Source of the DNA: Eledone cirrhosa
Lineage: Eukaryota
Assembly: GCA_964016885.1 (NCBI GenBank)
Contig: OZ024745.1
Location: 54,250,001-54,314,000, forward strand
Length of the DNA stretch: 64,000 bases
Direction: 5' to 3'
Below are positions 1 through 15,810 of the stretch, one piece after another (position 1 is the first letter of the stretch; each line of letters opens with the position of its first letter). The notes beneath the pieces were generated by a model. The model was not told the DNA's origin, searched no databases, and was given only the letters and a program-made list of their open reading frames with translations. A program made the position numbers and the translations under genes.

Positions 1-215
1 TGTATGTATGTATGTATGTATGTATGTATGTATGTATGTATGTATGTATGTATGTATGTATGTATGTTGTAGGTATGTATGTATGTATGTATGTATGTAT
101 GTATGTATGTATGTATGTATGTATGTATGTTGTAGGTAGGTATGTATGTATGTATGTATGTATGTATGTGTGTATGTATGTATGTATGTGTGTATGTATA
201 TATGTATGTATATAA
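1..215. repeat. (TATG)n microsatellite
   Basis: Directly visible tetranucleotide run; explains the MYVC ORF. Confidence 0.97.
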
Positions 216-934
216 GTATGTATATATCCATAATGTATGTAAAAGGTGACTGAAAAGATGGGACAGGCCGTTCTTTACGTTGTCATTGTCTTGTGTGGCC
301 CCATTATTTAGATAGATATAAATATTCATGCATCGAAGTTGTATTTGCAGCCTGGCAACACAAATAGAATTATCTGAGGCAAATACTCAGTGATGCAAGA
401 AATGAATTGATTCCCTCTATCAGAGTCGACTCATTAGGCTATTCCAGGGAATCACCATGAATAATATATAGGCCGGGTGTGTCAGTAATAGTATATAAAA
501 ACAATGAATACCAAAGGTAAAATAATTTCTTTCCCAGCACGTCATGAATTTTGATGCACAGCTGCGCAGTCAAAAATTGCTAGTGCGCGTTCGCAAGCCG
601 TAAGGGCATCTTACCTAATTAGAACAGGCTACATCATCAGTAGGCATTCGTTCGATTTATATCCGAATTCGATCTAGGTACTAAGATATTGCCAAGCACT
701 GTAGAAATCCAGTAGTATTGTTGTATCACGTAGTTTGAAAAGAGGTAAGCTACTAGATATTTACTGAACCCATCTTCTGCAGCCAAATTCCCTGTTTGCT
801 CTCTTCAGGAACATTTGATTAAGCATTAGCTAGCCAAAGGCTGTGTGTGCTAAATTTAATCATAGAAAGAGGATTCAAATAATATATATAAACTAATCAA
901 TATACATTAAATCGGAAGCTGCTCTTCTCTTTTA

Positions 935-1043
<109 letters not shown>

Positions 1044-1076
1044 GTGTATATACATATATATGTGTGTTGTGCATAA

Positions 1077-1110
<34 letters not shown>

Positions 1111-1117
<7 letters not shown>

Positions 1118-1481
1118 TAAAATAACAGATTAAAGTTTAAGCAAAGAATCGCTGCTTTCACCCTTAACGGGACCTTCTGAAACTAACAAAGTCAATCTAT
1201 ATTCGTTTTTTCCCGTTCTTTGCCAGGGAACGTTTCCACGAACCAAAGTATCGTCTTCCTGTCTTCCCCCGGTTGCAACGTTTTTTGAAATATCCACTTC
1301 TGCGTTTACAGATTGACTTTGTTAGTTTCAGAAGATCCCGTTAAGGGTGAAAGCAGCGATTCTTTGCTTAAACTTTAATCTGTTATTTTAATAAATATTT
1401 GCTCTACGGTTCTTATATATTTGATATATATTTATCCTTATCGAGCCCTCTGTGGATTTTAGTCTTCAAATTTATTATTAT

Positions 1482-1484
<3 letters not shown>
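1111..1484 (+). mobile_element. Truncated PLE pLTR insertion, family A (inverted arm, sense arm, tail) in (TA)n
   Basis: 1111-1198 is the reverse complement of 1310-1398; unpaired tail 1399-1484; (TA)n on both sides; same family at 21435, 29132 and 42876. Confidence 0.8.
1324..1374 (+). ncRNA. Candidate type I hammerhead ribozyme with CAGAAGA core variant
   Basis: AGTTT-CAGAAGA-TCCC gttaa GGGT-GAAA-GCA..TGC-TT-AAACT. Stems I and III pair; core position 4 is A instead of U. Confidence 0.5.
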
Positions 1485-1558
<74 letters not shown>

Positions 1559-2535
1559 TATATGTATATATATGTTTATTTTAGGTAAAAAAGGGAGCTT
1601 AGTTACTCTGTAGTTTCGCCTGTTTATCACAGGGCCATCAGACAGTGGTGACCCTGTAATAAGACTCACTTTTTAGCCTTAATAAAAATGAATATTAAAA
1701 ATCTACTTCGGTATTGAGTACTCCTTTGTCTCAACCGTCAACCACACACACACACACACACACATACACACACGCAAATATATATATATATATATATTAT
1801 ATTTCTGTACAGGCTTATATATTTTTAGTGCTTGCCATTATAGGCAATATAGGTTTTCTTTCACGCCTTACGTTTTTATTAACAATTCTCTCTTTCTGAT
1901 AAATACATTTTCGCTTCCTCTCCTTTTCATATTACCATTTCCTTCTCTCTTTCATTTTCTCATCCATCCTTGTCTCACAATTTCTATATCATTTTTTAAA
2001 ACTTCTCTCTCATTTACTTTTCTCACTTTTTACATTTTCACTCTCTCACCTTCTCTTTCACCCACACCCAACCACACCCACTCATACACGCACGCGCACA
2101 ATCACTCACACACATACACATACATACATACACACACACACACGCTCTCCTCCTCCCTCTCTCTCTCCCTTTCTCGTTCATCTTCTTCCATTACTTTCAC
2201 CTTTTCACCCTTCCCACTTCACCTGTCTATTTTCCATATTCAACTCTATACGTGCGTCTATCTGTCCATTTCCACTTGACTGCTTTCTTTGAGTAAACTT
2301 TCAGCTTTCTAGTGAGGATTTTAGGTTGTTTCGATCTGTCTTCTACTGACATACACATTTTATACTCATTCCTTTATACTTTATACATTTTTTCATTACT
2401 TTATTCCGTATATTTGCTATTTTTTATGTCATTATTGTGTTTTTTTTTTTTTTATAATTTTACGATTCCTTCTTATTACCATTACCTACGTCTATCACTT
2501 CACTTTTTCCTATTTTTCCCTTCTCCTTACTCAAT

Positions 2536-2595
2536 CTTCTTCTTCTTCTTCTTCTTCTTCTTCTTCTTCTTCTTCTTCTTCTTCTTCTTCTTCTT

Positions 2596-2658
<63 letters not shown>
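2536..2658. repeat. (CTT)n(ATT)n compound microsatellite
   Basis: Directly visible. Confidence 0.95.
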
Positions 2659-2659
<1 letters not shown>

Positions 2660-4036
2660 CCCCTATCCACCCACCTCTGTAGTAAACAAAAGAAGTTTTG
2701 ATGTTTGAAAGAATATATCTGGGTGTTTAGGTCCACAATTTTTTGGCGAGATAGTAATTTTTTTGTGTCAAGCTAAGATGAAAAACCAAAGAACTTTTAG
2801 AATAAATGTTTCATCGATTTTCTATTTGGCTCCAAGATAAACCACAGAAATCAATGACGCAACATTTACTTTGTTTATTCTAGTCTTTATGTTTAATGTT
2901 TAATTCATGTCCTTCGGAATGTGAGGTGCTATGGGATATTGGATAAGGTGTCGAATGAAAGTATGAATTTAGGCGTTCTTTTGTGTATTTATGGTCAATA
3001 TAGAACTTAGCTCAACTTGTACCTTAGCCAAGTGTGCGCAAGATAAATTGATGTATTCTTTGGATTAGAGCAGCAGGAGAACAGAATGGTTTATTGTGTC
3101 ACCTTGGATACGTGAACTGAAGCGTGATTATTTTAGATGGACATTGAATTCTAAACCGCACAATTCTACACAATAGAGAGAGCCTTTATCTGGTGGCTTG
3201 ATCTGCAAATAGTAGCAGATTGTCTCCCTCAAGTTATACTCTACAGTGTATGAACAAATAGGCTACAATGCATAATATAGATTTAATTAGTGCTAAAAAA
3301 ATGGGATCGTTTTAGCTAGGGTTCCTTTAATTATAAATCTCTCCAGTCAGATTTGAACTGTGACGAAACAATTGTTGCAGCAACAAGGATGCAAAGTTTT
3401 CATGGAAATACGAATTCAGTAATTCGTATTCATTAAGCTAATGCATTCATCAAATAATAAATGTTATCAAACTCACACTGTCTCGAATAAAAAAAACAAA
3501 CAAAAACAGACAGGTATAGAAAAGTGTACCCCGCTTTCAATGCCTGACTAGTAATTTATCATGCTTAAAAGGTTAAGTTAATATCAGCGGATTTGAACTC
3601 AGAAACGCAAAGATCCCGAATAAATACTGCAAAGCACTTTGTCCAACGCCTAACAGATCTTCTCGTCTAACACTCTAGATCAAGAAATAATAACGATATA
3701 TGTTTGTCAGTTCATAAAAATCATTGCTTAGCTTCAATAGTTATAAGAAATTTGTCTTTCGCAGGAAAACACTTCCAAAACATCTGCTTGCTTTTCTCGT
3801 TTTATTTTATCTATGGCTTTGCCTAAAAAAGGGCGGAAGTGTTTCTGACATTAGTAGGTATTCCGTGAGTGGTGAGATTAATATGGTTTGTGTACAACTT
3901 TAGTATCTGAAGTATCGAATTGATATTCAGAGGTGGAAGATGTGTAGGGTATAGTTAAAGCGAATCCTGTCAGATGAGTAACTCTAGGTTTTACACAAAA
4001 ATAGAGACCATTACTGTCGTAATAAAAAAGTGAAAT

Positions 4037-4124
<88 letters not shown>

Positions 4125-4245
4125 GACAGTGCATCTCTAGGCTAAGGTTGTAGTGTATTGGTAAGTGTATCTTTGCCGATCTAATGTATTATTCAAAAAC
4201 AATATAATATAATATAATATAATATAATATAATATAATATAATAT

Positions 4246-4425
4246 AATTGTTTCTACTTTTGGCACAAGGCCAACAATTACCCAGTGCATTACTGGTACT
4301 TTATTTTATCGACACCGTAAGGATGAAAGGCAAAGTTAACCTCGGTGTGATTTGAACTCAGACCATAAAGGGCCGTAACTCTTTGCTGCAAAGCATGGCG
4401 TCCGACCCTCTACCGATACTGCCAA
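4246..4425 (-). mobile_element. tRNA-derived SINE (family with TTTGCCTTTCATCC...GTCGATAAAATAAAGTACC body)
   Basis: Minus strand has an A-box-like GGCAGTATCGG, a B box GAGTTCAAATC and an AGTAGAAACAATTAT tail; many copies in the window. Confidence 0.85.
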
Positions 4426-5181
4426 AATATAATATAATATAATATAACACTATATTATGCAATATTACATAATATCATATTGCATTATACAATCTTATAT
4501 TTTATTATATAATGAAATATTTTACATATACAGCTTGTACTACACGCCACTCCCTTTATCAGCTGTCAATTGGACACCGTAGCAATTTCTACACCTTACG
4601 GCAGTATAGATCACTCGATCATTACTTAGCAATATTAATGGTACGAGGGAATTTCTGAGATCTTTTGCCTCACAGGGTAACACAGGATTTCATTGAACTA
4701 TCTATGTAGACAACACAATTATTTGCTCAACTGTAATCATTCGTACTATGTAAACATTATTTTTTTTTATTATTCGTTTCCCAAATCCATGCAGAAACTT
4801 TCTTCTGTTGTCTCCAGTTTACGAACCAATACTCTGCTCTCCTTCCAAAATCAGATGCCTATCTGGTAGGATATAGTAAATCCTCGCACCAATTCATGAC
4901 GTCCCATCTGTTGAAAACTCCCTAATGTGCCATTCTCCTATTTTACACGATTTCCATATTACTTGGTTCTTTTTTACAGTGTGTGTTTGTATATGTTTTA
5001 TGTGATAAGACTGGATCGTTTAAATAAAGTGTGCAGTCCTTCCGTCCGTCCGTCGGTCTTCCAAACAATTAATTCTCACAAGACTAGGGTTGACCAGAAA
5101 CTATGGAAAAAGATACTTGCCAAATGTGGTACGCAGCGGGATTGGAGGCGGATCTATACAATTACGAATTAATCTTCTAAC

Positions 5182-5296
<115 letters not shown>

Positions 5297-5297
5297 C

Positions 5298-5376
5298 GCT
5301 GCCATGTCAGCGATAATGAGGGACAGAGACCGCTGGAGAGAACTCGTCCATGGATCTCGGGAATTTTACCGGCCTT

Positions 5377-5378
<2 letters not shown>
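5298..5378 (+). mobile_element. RTE-like LINE 3' end fragment
   Basis: Translates MRDRDRWRELV, matching the RTE C-terminal A.DR..WR..V pattern; followed by (TA)n. Confidence 0.4.
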
Positions 5379-5421
<43 letters not shown>

Positions 5422-5422
5422 G

Positions 5423-5711
5423 TACCGTATTTCCCGGCGTCAAAGACGCTACTTTTTTCCTAAAATAAGTCTCAAAAATCTACCATGCGTCCTGGAGGCC
5501 GAAGCTTGTTTATTATTATTTTTCAAAGCCGCCAAGGTTTACTTTGCCTTTCATCCTTACGGGGTCGATAAAATAAAGTACCATTAATGCACTGGGTAAT
5601 TGCTGGCCTTGTGCCAAAAGTAGAAACAATTATTATTTTTCAAATTTTTGGTTGTCAAAATTAAAGTGCGTCCTCGAGGACGAAGCGTCTTCAGCACTTG
5701 GAAAAACGGTA
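5423..5711. mobile_element. Tc1/mariner-type MITE interrupted by a SINE
   Basis: Termini TACCGTATTTCC ... GGAAAAACGGTA (TA-flanked inverted repeats); SINE fragment inside. Confidence 0.7.
5528..5628 (+). mobile_element. 5'-truncated SINE with 16 bp target-site duplication
   Basis: ATTATTATTTTTCAAA at 5512-5527 and 5629-5644 flanks the SINE 3' half. Confidence 0.85.
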
Positions 5712-5929
5712 ACTAAAAGCCTGTACCGTAAACATGCCCTTGTTTCATATCATAGTAGTTATACAGTGACATAGACCTTTAGCTATTTTCCCAAATAACA
5801 TCTGAAACAACACCAACTAAACAAAAACACTAAAGAAACAATATATTTGGACCTCCAACGGTTTCAATGACGGTCTTTCCCTTCCCTGAATAACAGAACA
5901 TCCGTTACATGAAATTAATGGGTAAATGA

Positions 5930-6135
5930 CTGGTCTTTCAACTGACATGCAGTTCTCAGGGAGATTCAGAATGATACAATATGAGAAAAAGAGTGGCTCT
6001 TTAAATTATAAGTAGAATTGTGTCTGTTGTATGGACTGCAATTAAGTGTGTGGCTCAAGAACAATACGTGCTGCCGGAAATTGAACTCACGACCTTATGA
6101 TCATGTGCAAAACACGCTAACTATTAAGCCACACG
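5930..6135 (-). mobile_element. Older tRNA-derived SINE of a second family
   Basis: AAGTGTGTGGCTCAAGAACA...TTGAACTCACGACC (reverse B box); related degenerate stretches near 17440-17570, 36600-36790 and 40640-40790. Confidence 0.5.
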
Positions 6136-6362
6136 CTTTCAGAGCAGAAGTAATAACAGTGATGACAACAACAAAAACAAAAATAAAATAAACATAACAA
6201 CAAATACAATGCAATAAAAAATAACTTATATAAAATATCACAAATTAAATATTTCCATCTTGAATGTGTAACGATCTCTGCTTTCTATCCCAGTATGGCT
6301 GACCACCTTTCCACCACACTCCCATCACTCGAAAAACCAGAACACACACACATATACCCACA

Positions 6363-6420
<58 letters not shown>

Positions 6421-6452
6421 TTATCATATATATATATAAAATAAATATATAC

Positions 6453-6496
<44 letters not shown>

Positions 6497-6544
6497 AATA
6501 CATATATACATATATATATGTATATATATAATATATAATATATA

Positions 6545-6598
<54 letters not shown>

Positions 6599-6695
6599 CA
6601 TACATATTCATATATATTCATATATATATTTATATATATATATATACATATATACATGTACACACTCATACAAATGACCTACTTGAATCACTCAG

Positions 6696-6730
<35 letters not shown>

Positions 6731-7358
6731 TCACCACAAAATAAAAACAAACACAGGACATCAAAGACAACAACAAGCACCACAACGATGGCAAATGCTT
6801 TATATTACATTAATATATTAATTCAATCGATAACACTATTATTATATCACCTAGCCGCATGCTGTTTGTGCTACTCCTCTACTAGACTTTCTTGTTAATG
6901 CAAGATTCATAATAATGACGACGTTCGCGTCACAATGATCATCATGAAGCAACAATAAGAGCAACAGGACTAAGTACAGCAGTAACGACAACAGCAATAA
7001 TAGCAGCATAAAAACAATAGCAACCATCGAAACAACATCAACAGCAATGCCAACAATAAGGGTATCAATTACTAAAAAGAAAATAATGTTATTATTAATA
7101 ATAATAATGACAGCAGTAATAAAAATAAGGAAAAATAATCCTAATAGTTCTTTTTTATTAGCCACAAGGTGTTGCATATAGAATGCAGTAAATATTATAA
7201 ACAAGTGGGTTAAAACACATTTAGAGTTGGGGAGACAACGTTATATAAAAACGTGGGTAGGAGCAATGACGTTATGTAACAGATTAATTTGATCAAACAT
7301 GAAATAATTATAAAATTATTATAGAATTATTATAACATTATTATAAAACATTATTATA

Positions 7359-7885
7359 ATCCGCCGAGGTTAACTTTGCCTTTCATCCTTACGTGGTCGA
7401 TAAAATAAAGTACCAGTAATACACTGGCGTAATTGCTGGCCTTGTGCCAAAAGTAGAAACAATTATTATAATCTGCCGAGGTTAACTTTGCCTTTCATCC
7501 TTACGTGGTCGATAAAATAAAGTACCAGTAATACACTGAGATAATTGCTGGCCTTGTGCCAAAAGTAGAAACAATTATTATAATCTGCCGAGGTTAACTT
7601 TGCCTTTCATCCTTACGTGGTCGATAAAATAAAGTACCAGTAATACACTGGATAATTACTGGCCTTGTGCCAAAAGTAGAAACAATTATTATAAATTGAA
7701 TTGGCAATATCGGTAGAGGGTCGGACGCCATGCTTTGACGCATAGAGTTACGGCCCTTGCTATTCTGAGTTCAAATCCCGCCGAGGTTAACTTTGCCTTT
7801 CATCCTTACGGGGTCGATAAAATAAAGTACTAGTAATGCACTGGGTAATTGCTGGCCTTGTGCCAAAAGTAGAAACAATTATAAT
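7359..7885 (+). mobile_element. SINE cluster: three tandem 112 bp truncated copies plus one near full-length copy
   Basis: Units start at 7359, 7471 and 7583; near full-length copy with A and B boxes at about 7697-7885. Confidence 0.9.
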
Positions 7886-9045
7886 TAACAAAAAATATGT
7901 CATACAACAAACAAAGAAAAAAAACATTTAGGGTTTCCCACTCAACACAAGTGGAGTCCACTACGCAATATATAATTCCAGATCACCAAAATGCCCCCAT
8001 AAGGATTTCTTCGGAGGCTTCATCAACAAATGCATCCCATCTTCTGGGCCGAATATTTTATCTCTTCTTATACTTTCTTTTAGAATTAAGAGTTAATCAC
8101 ACCGGAGCTTTTGACAGCTATCCTATATTTTCGAGTCCACGATATATTGCGTGGGTTTTTCTTCTTCAGTTCATACGTTTTGTTAAACAAATCATTGTTG
8201 CTGGTTTTATAGAGCGTGTATTTGAAGGAATCACGCTGTTTAATGTCAATTTTCGGAGATCTCTGACAGCTGGTTTTGGTTTTATTTCGGTTTCTTTTCT
8301 ATCTTTTCTGCGCCTATTGCAACAGTCAGCCGCCTTACTTCCCATTCATTCGCATCATTACTAACGGATAAGACGGTACTGCACCTTTCACCTCAGACCA
8401 AGCGAGCTGTAGTTTTCTCTGTTATCTCAGGATTAAGAAGAGGGGCTTCGGAATTGTTCGTCGCAGGAGTTTGTGCCAGTGAGTTAATGTCAAACGCGTT
8501 CGCCCACGGGCGTTGTTGATTTTGTTGTTATTTCTGTTATTTGTACTAGGAAAATTATCATTTTCGGACCCAAGATTGCGTGTATTATTCGATTTATTTA
8601 TTTTTTTGTTAGTCTTTTTGTAAACTCATTTTAGTATTCTAGCCAATTTTTCAGTCTATAAGGGTATTTTACCAAGCTATTATTTATAGCAATCAACTGT
8701 GTTAACAGTTATTTTCAGCCTTCGAGATTATCTAAATTTTCTAAGAGTTTCAATTCACTCGATGCTCCGGTGGTTTATTTATTAATGTTGTGTCATTTCA
8801 GTATATTTATCGAGTATCGCTCTGGTTTGTTTTGATTCAGAGTCAGACATGCCAGATTTTCTCATGTTCATACATGCTCATAAACATGTCAGATCTTCAC
8901 AGTAACAAGTAATGTTGTCCGAAAAAACAGACTTTACGTTTATCCCAGATATTAGGATGGATAGCCCGATCTTTATAAGTTCATTTTTTTGCAACAACCA
9001 CAATAATAATGATACTACTACTACTACTACTACTACTACATATAA

Positions 9046-9665
9046 TAATTGTTTCTACTTTAGGCACAAGGCCAGCAATTAACCAGTGCATTACTGGTAC
9101 TTTATTTTATCGACCCCGTAAGGATGAAAGGCAAAGTCAACCTCGGCGGGATTTGAACTCAGATCGTAAAGGACGTAACTATGCTGGAAAGCATGGCGTC
9201 CGACCCTCTACCCATACTGCCAATCCACCGCCCTACATATAATAATGATTTAGGCACAGGGCCAGCAATTTTGGAGGCGGAGAATGTCGATTAAATCGAC
9301 CCTTGTGCGTTATTGGTGCTTTATTTTATCGACCCTTAAGTATGAATGGCAAAGATTACCTCGGCGGGATCTGAACTCAGAGAATACGTAAAGAGCCATA
9401 ACTCTATGCCGCAAAGCATATTGTCCGACCCTCTACCGATACTGCCAATTCACCGCTCTTTATATAATCATCATAATAATTGTTTCTACTTTTGGTACAA
9501 GGCCAGCAAATATCCAGTGTATTACTGGTACTTTATTTTATCGACCCCGTAAGGATGAAAGGCAAAGTCAACCTCGGCGGGATTTGAACTCAGATCGTAA
9601 AGGGACGTAACTATGCTGGAAAGCATGGCGTCCGACCCTCTACCGATACTGCCAATTCACCGCCA
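9046..9665 (-). mobile_element. Three head-to-tail SINE copies (middle one a divergent subfamily)
   Basis: Copies at about 9046-9230, 9250-9455 and 9478-9665 share GATTTGAACTCAG and ACCCTCTACCGATACTGCC-like motifs. Confidence 0.88.
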
Positions 9666-10379
9666 ATTACACATATATAATGTCGGCTTGACACAGTTGG
9701 TCGGTAGCTGTATGAGACATAACATTTTATTATATTTTGCATGGGGTTGTTTTCAGCAAGTGAATTGACAAGATGGCTAACGTTAACAACTTATTCATGA
9801 TAACGCTTTAAAACACACATATAAAATGTTGTGTGAGTAGATGATCGATCCAACATAAATTGAATGGTGATGGTAATATCGAAGATAAATACAACTACAC
9901 TTTCAAATACTTTGATATCGTATAATATTACACATCTAACGGTCTACATCAGAAAACGATACATGAGTATACCACCACACCAGACAAAATTATGAGAATG
10001 AGAGCAAAATGGGAATTTTTTTTCTCGGATAAGAAACACAAAAACGAACATTTCGATATAGCCGTGACAAGTTAAATCAATTTGGTCGGGTTATACATCC
10101 TACAAACACTGACAAATAGAACAGAATTTACAATTAAAAGAATTTACAGGTATGTGGGTCTAGGGCATGGCCAGCATGCTATGGATAAATTCAGAAGAAA
10201 AGAACATTAATTTAGTAAAAAAACTTTAATTTAAAATTCATAATAAATACACTCTAGAAGAAAGTACATTTTCTAGACGCAACATTAAATATACAAACAT
10301 ACGAGTTCAAATCCCACAAATGTTCAGCGAAGACACAATAAACATAAAGAGGAAATTTAATCGCACGCTCACGAACATA

Positions 10380-10871
10380 GATCACTTTCAGACAGTATTA
10401 GACGGCATAAATCTAAAACAGTGGATACAGAAAAATTAAATAAACCTTCCGCCTACAACTATAGAGCCTTAGGTACTAGTGGGTTTAATGACAAGATACT
10501 CGATATCAATTAGTACTTAAGCTAAAAAACAGCGAAAAATCGCTCTTGTTCTTGGGTCCAAAAGAATAGATGTGATGTCTCATTTTAGTTTTCTTTAAGG
10601 CCATATACGTATTTACTCCGACGGAATTCATGTTTGATCTGTTTACTATTTCTTTCGACAAACATATCTTAACCATAGAGAAACTAGTCGCGCCTCTACA
10701 ATTACAGATATGGGTGATTATTGTGTCTTGCTTATGAACTTTAGTTGTGTTTGACATTTTTACTGCTATATTCCTCATAGAGATATTGTTAGATTTAAAA
10801 CATTTATTAAAGGCATTTCGATATCGATGTGAAATAGGAAGAGGCGTACTAATCGGTGTTACAAAGATCAT
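10380..10871 (-). pseudogene. Degenerate PLE GIY-YIG endonuclease fragment
   Basis: CNCRGATS..KICLSKEIV..TY...KMRHHIYSF parallels CNCPIRTNCPLSNFCLDKNLVY of the 47.3 kb copy. Confidence 0.55.
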
Positions 10872-10874
10872 TTA

Positions 10875-11057
10875 GATTGGCAGTATCAGTAGAGAGTCGG
10901 ACACCATGTTTTCCAGCATAGAGTTACGTCCCTTTATTGACCGAGTTCAAATCCCGCCAAGGTTACTTTGCCTTTCATCCTTACGGGGTCTATAAAATAA
11001 AGTTCCAGTAATGTACTGGTAATTGCTGGCCTTGGGCGAAAACTAGAAACAATTATT
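10875..11057 (+). mobile_element. tRNA-derived SINE
   Basis: GGCAGTATCAG, GAGTTCAAATCCC, family body and AGAAACAATTATTA tail. Confidence 0.85.
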
Positions 11058-11241
11058 ACTTCTGATAATATGAAATTATATTATTACCAGATGAAAGTTT
11101 CCATTTCTATATTTAATGACATTTAACATGGGTTGTTCTGTGTATTTCAGTGTGATTGAAATGTGGCTGGCTTTCCGATTTATTTATACAGTTGTTACGT
11201 TGGGTTTACTGTAGCGGTATTGTTTTCCTGCTTTTATATTG

Positions 11242-11471
11242 CCCTTTAGCCTTTAGCATTTAAACCGGCCATAACCGGCCAGATTTCCTCACCTCTTTCT
11301 GTTCAAACTAGCTGTAACTAGCCACTCACACTTAGGTTAAGGTATTGTTCTCAAAATAAATAATACCAAAATCTCATAGATTCAATATTATGTGAGATAT
11401 TATGTAAGATAAAGCCTTTACTGAGAAAATACAATAGTATATATAAAGTAATGTAAATGCTAAAGGGTTAA
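11242..11471. mobile_element. piggyBac-like MITE
   Basis: Left CCTTTAGCATTTA and right TAAATGCTAAAGGG followed by TTAA. Confidence 0.5.
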
Positions 11472-11870
11472 TAAAATCCTTAAAAAATGTTAACTAGTGA
11501 ATTTCAAAATTTGTCCATATTTAAGTGTCTGGTAAAGTGATGTAGGGATATTGCCGAGTCCAAACTAACTGACGAACAGTGAGGTGTCTGCATTCCATAT
11601 GCTATTGATATCAGTCTCCGTATATGATTTCTAAACAAACATTCGCCGGAGATGTTCTTAGACTGAGAATGTTTTATATTGTACAATATCGAAATATTTG
11701 GTGAATATGCAATAGGATTTGTCTCCATCTTTATTAAACTAGTTCATTGTATGATTATTGTGTTTTCATAGTGTGAAGTTTGATGTATCCTCTCTTATTT
11801 TTACGTTTATAGTTTGAAGTGACTGCTCACACCCTTCTCCCTCACAAACCCGCTCAATCACACACATAGT

Positions 11871-11901
<31 letters not shown>

Positions 11902-12338
11902 GTACGTATGGATTCACCGAACATTTATTATAATGCTCGGTGTGTTTGTAAACAAACATCCCGAATTACGCCGTACAGTGTTTAGGCAACCACGTCACCT
12001 TTTTGTTCAACATTGACACAGGAACGTTGAACTAGCTATCGTCAGCATCGTATACCTTCCTGCCAGATGGTTGAACGTCTGAAAGTATATATTTTCCCTA
12101 TGCATATTAACGGCTGAGCAGCCTAATTTGCATATCGAGTGAGTTTAGTTGGCCGGGCGCACCGAAAACGATAAATGGAATAGAATGAAACGAAATTTCA
12201 TTTCTCACTTTTAGTACGGCACTTATTTAAATGTAAGTATGTATGTATATGTACACACATTCAGCACTACTTGATTTGATAGATGCCTTAAACCCATTGG
12301 TACCAAACATTATTTGTTCAGTAGTTCGTGTGTATGTG

Positions 12339-12790
<452 letters not shown>

Positions 12791-13144
12791 CACACACACA
12801 CATATATATATATATGCTTGTGTGTGTGTCTTTATATGTATGTTTGAATGCATGAATACACTGAGCTTTAGATTTAGTAGAATGTACAACCACTGATTCC
12901 AGCTGTTTATACCATCATATAATTTGGTTTCTATTAATTCCCTGGGGAATTCGTTGACCAAACGTTTTGCTTAATTGTTTTATTTATTAAAAAAGAAATA
13001 TTCTTTCTCTCAGACTGAAAGCTAAGCATTGGCACTTAAAATACTACAGTGGACCCTGCAACGCTACAGCGGGTCCTTGCAATGCGATCGTGGGCCCCTG
13101 GGGCCCATTTGCCATTGGGCAACCTGCCAACCTGGCCAGTCCGC

Positions 13145-13875
<731 letters not shown>

Positions 13876-14127
13876 ATCTTCACGCACAGGCATTGCACGA
13901 TAGAATTAATTAATAATTATTAATAATTGTTTCAACTTTCGGCACAAGGCCAGCAATTACCCAGTACATTACTGGTACTTTATTTTTTAATAATGGTATA
14001 CCGTGCAATGGCCAAATTCGATAACGGGAGGACAGCCATCATATATATATATATACACCACCTTCACCACTAATTGATTTGACAGATATCTTTAACCCAT
14101 TGATACCAAACATTATTTGGTCAGTAG

Positions 14128-14292
14128 TAGAGAGTCGGACACCATGCTTTGAAGGATAGGATTACGTCCCTTTATGATCTAAGTTCAAATCCCGCCGAGG
14201 TTAACTTTGCCTTTCATCCTTACGGGGTCGATAAAATAAAGTACCAGTAATGTACTGGGTAATTTGCTGGCCTTGTGCCTAAAGTAGAAACA
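14128..14292 (+). mobile_element. SINE with 16 bp TSD
   Basis: ATTATTTGGTCAGTAG at 14112-14127 and 14293-14308; empty paralogous site near 12308-12324. Confidence 0.9.
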
Positions 14293-14325
14293 ATTATTTG
14301 GTCAGTAGTTCGTGTGTATGTGTAA

Positions 14326-14402
<77 letters not shown>

Positions 14403-14729
14403 TATATATGTATACATGAATGAATAGACAATGCTTTAAATTCAGTAGAATCTACAACCACTGATTCCAATAACTTATACCATCATATATTTTGATTTCT
14501 ATTAATTCCCTGGGGAATTGGTTGACCAAATGCTTTGCTTAATTGTTTTATTCATTAAAAAGACAATTATTCTTTTTCTTAGACTTCAGGTATTTTTAAA
14601 ACTAAGTATTGGACCCTTAAATACTACATGGTCCATGCAATGCTACTGTGGGCCACTGCAATGCCACCGTGGGCCATCTGGAGCTCACTTGCCATTGGAA
14701 AACCTGGCAACCTGGCCAGTCCGCCACTG

Positions 14730-14761
<32 letters not shown>

Positions 14762-15264
14762 CAAAGCACACACGCATAATTATAATGTTAAAGAGTCCGT
14801 TTCGCAAACATATGTTTTGTCTTATGTCTCGCTTCGTGGATCTTGGCCAAGTGTTCACTGACATATTCTCGTGATATTCATCACAATTATTTCCATTATA
14901 GTCACATACACACCAGTAATACATTGGTAACAATTCATCTAATTCCAATGATATGTTTAATATATGTCTTGGGATTGTTTGATACGCAACAAAAAAGAAA
15001 GAAAATGAAACGCCACAAACGAAAAAAAAAAAAAAAAAAAAAGAAAGAAAACAACAGACATACAAACCAGAGAATCCTATTTTCTCATTGACGAAGTTAA
15101 TGAATCTAATCAATAAATGATGTTTACAGCTGATTACAGAACATACACACACACACACACTCACACACTCACACATATATACATACGCATTCTCACACAC
15201 AGACATATATATATACTGTATATACTGTATAAGCTGTATATGTGTCTGTACTCACGCACATACA

Positions 15265-15305
<41 letters not shown>

Positions 15306-15429
15306 GTATATATATATATGTGTGTTTGTGTGTGTGTGTATAAGGGCAAATCAAGAAAATATGTCTGACATTTGTCTGTGTCACTATTTCATCCGAGTGG
15401 GAATTAATTAGTTTGCTAATTTGTCTGAG

Positions 15430-15810
<381 letters not shown>

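Noticed and set aside
7359-7885. CRISPR-like array or tRNA genes
   Set aside because: No unique spacers and no full cloverleaf; these are SINE copies.
7950-8900. Possible LINE ORF1/endonuclease remnant (likewise 360-870 and 18190-18790)
   Set aside because: Too degenerate to give a diagnostic motif; BLASTx is needed.
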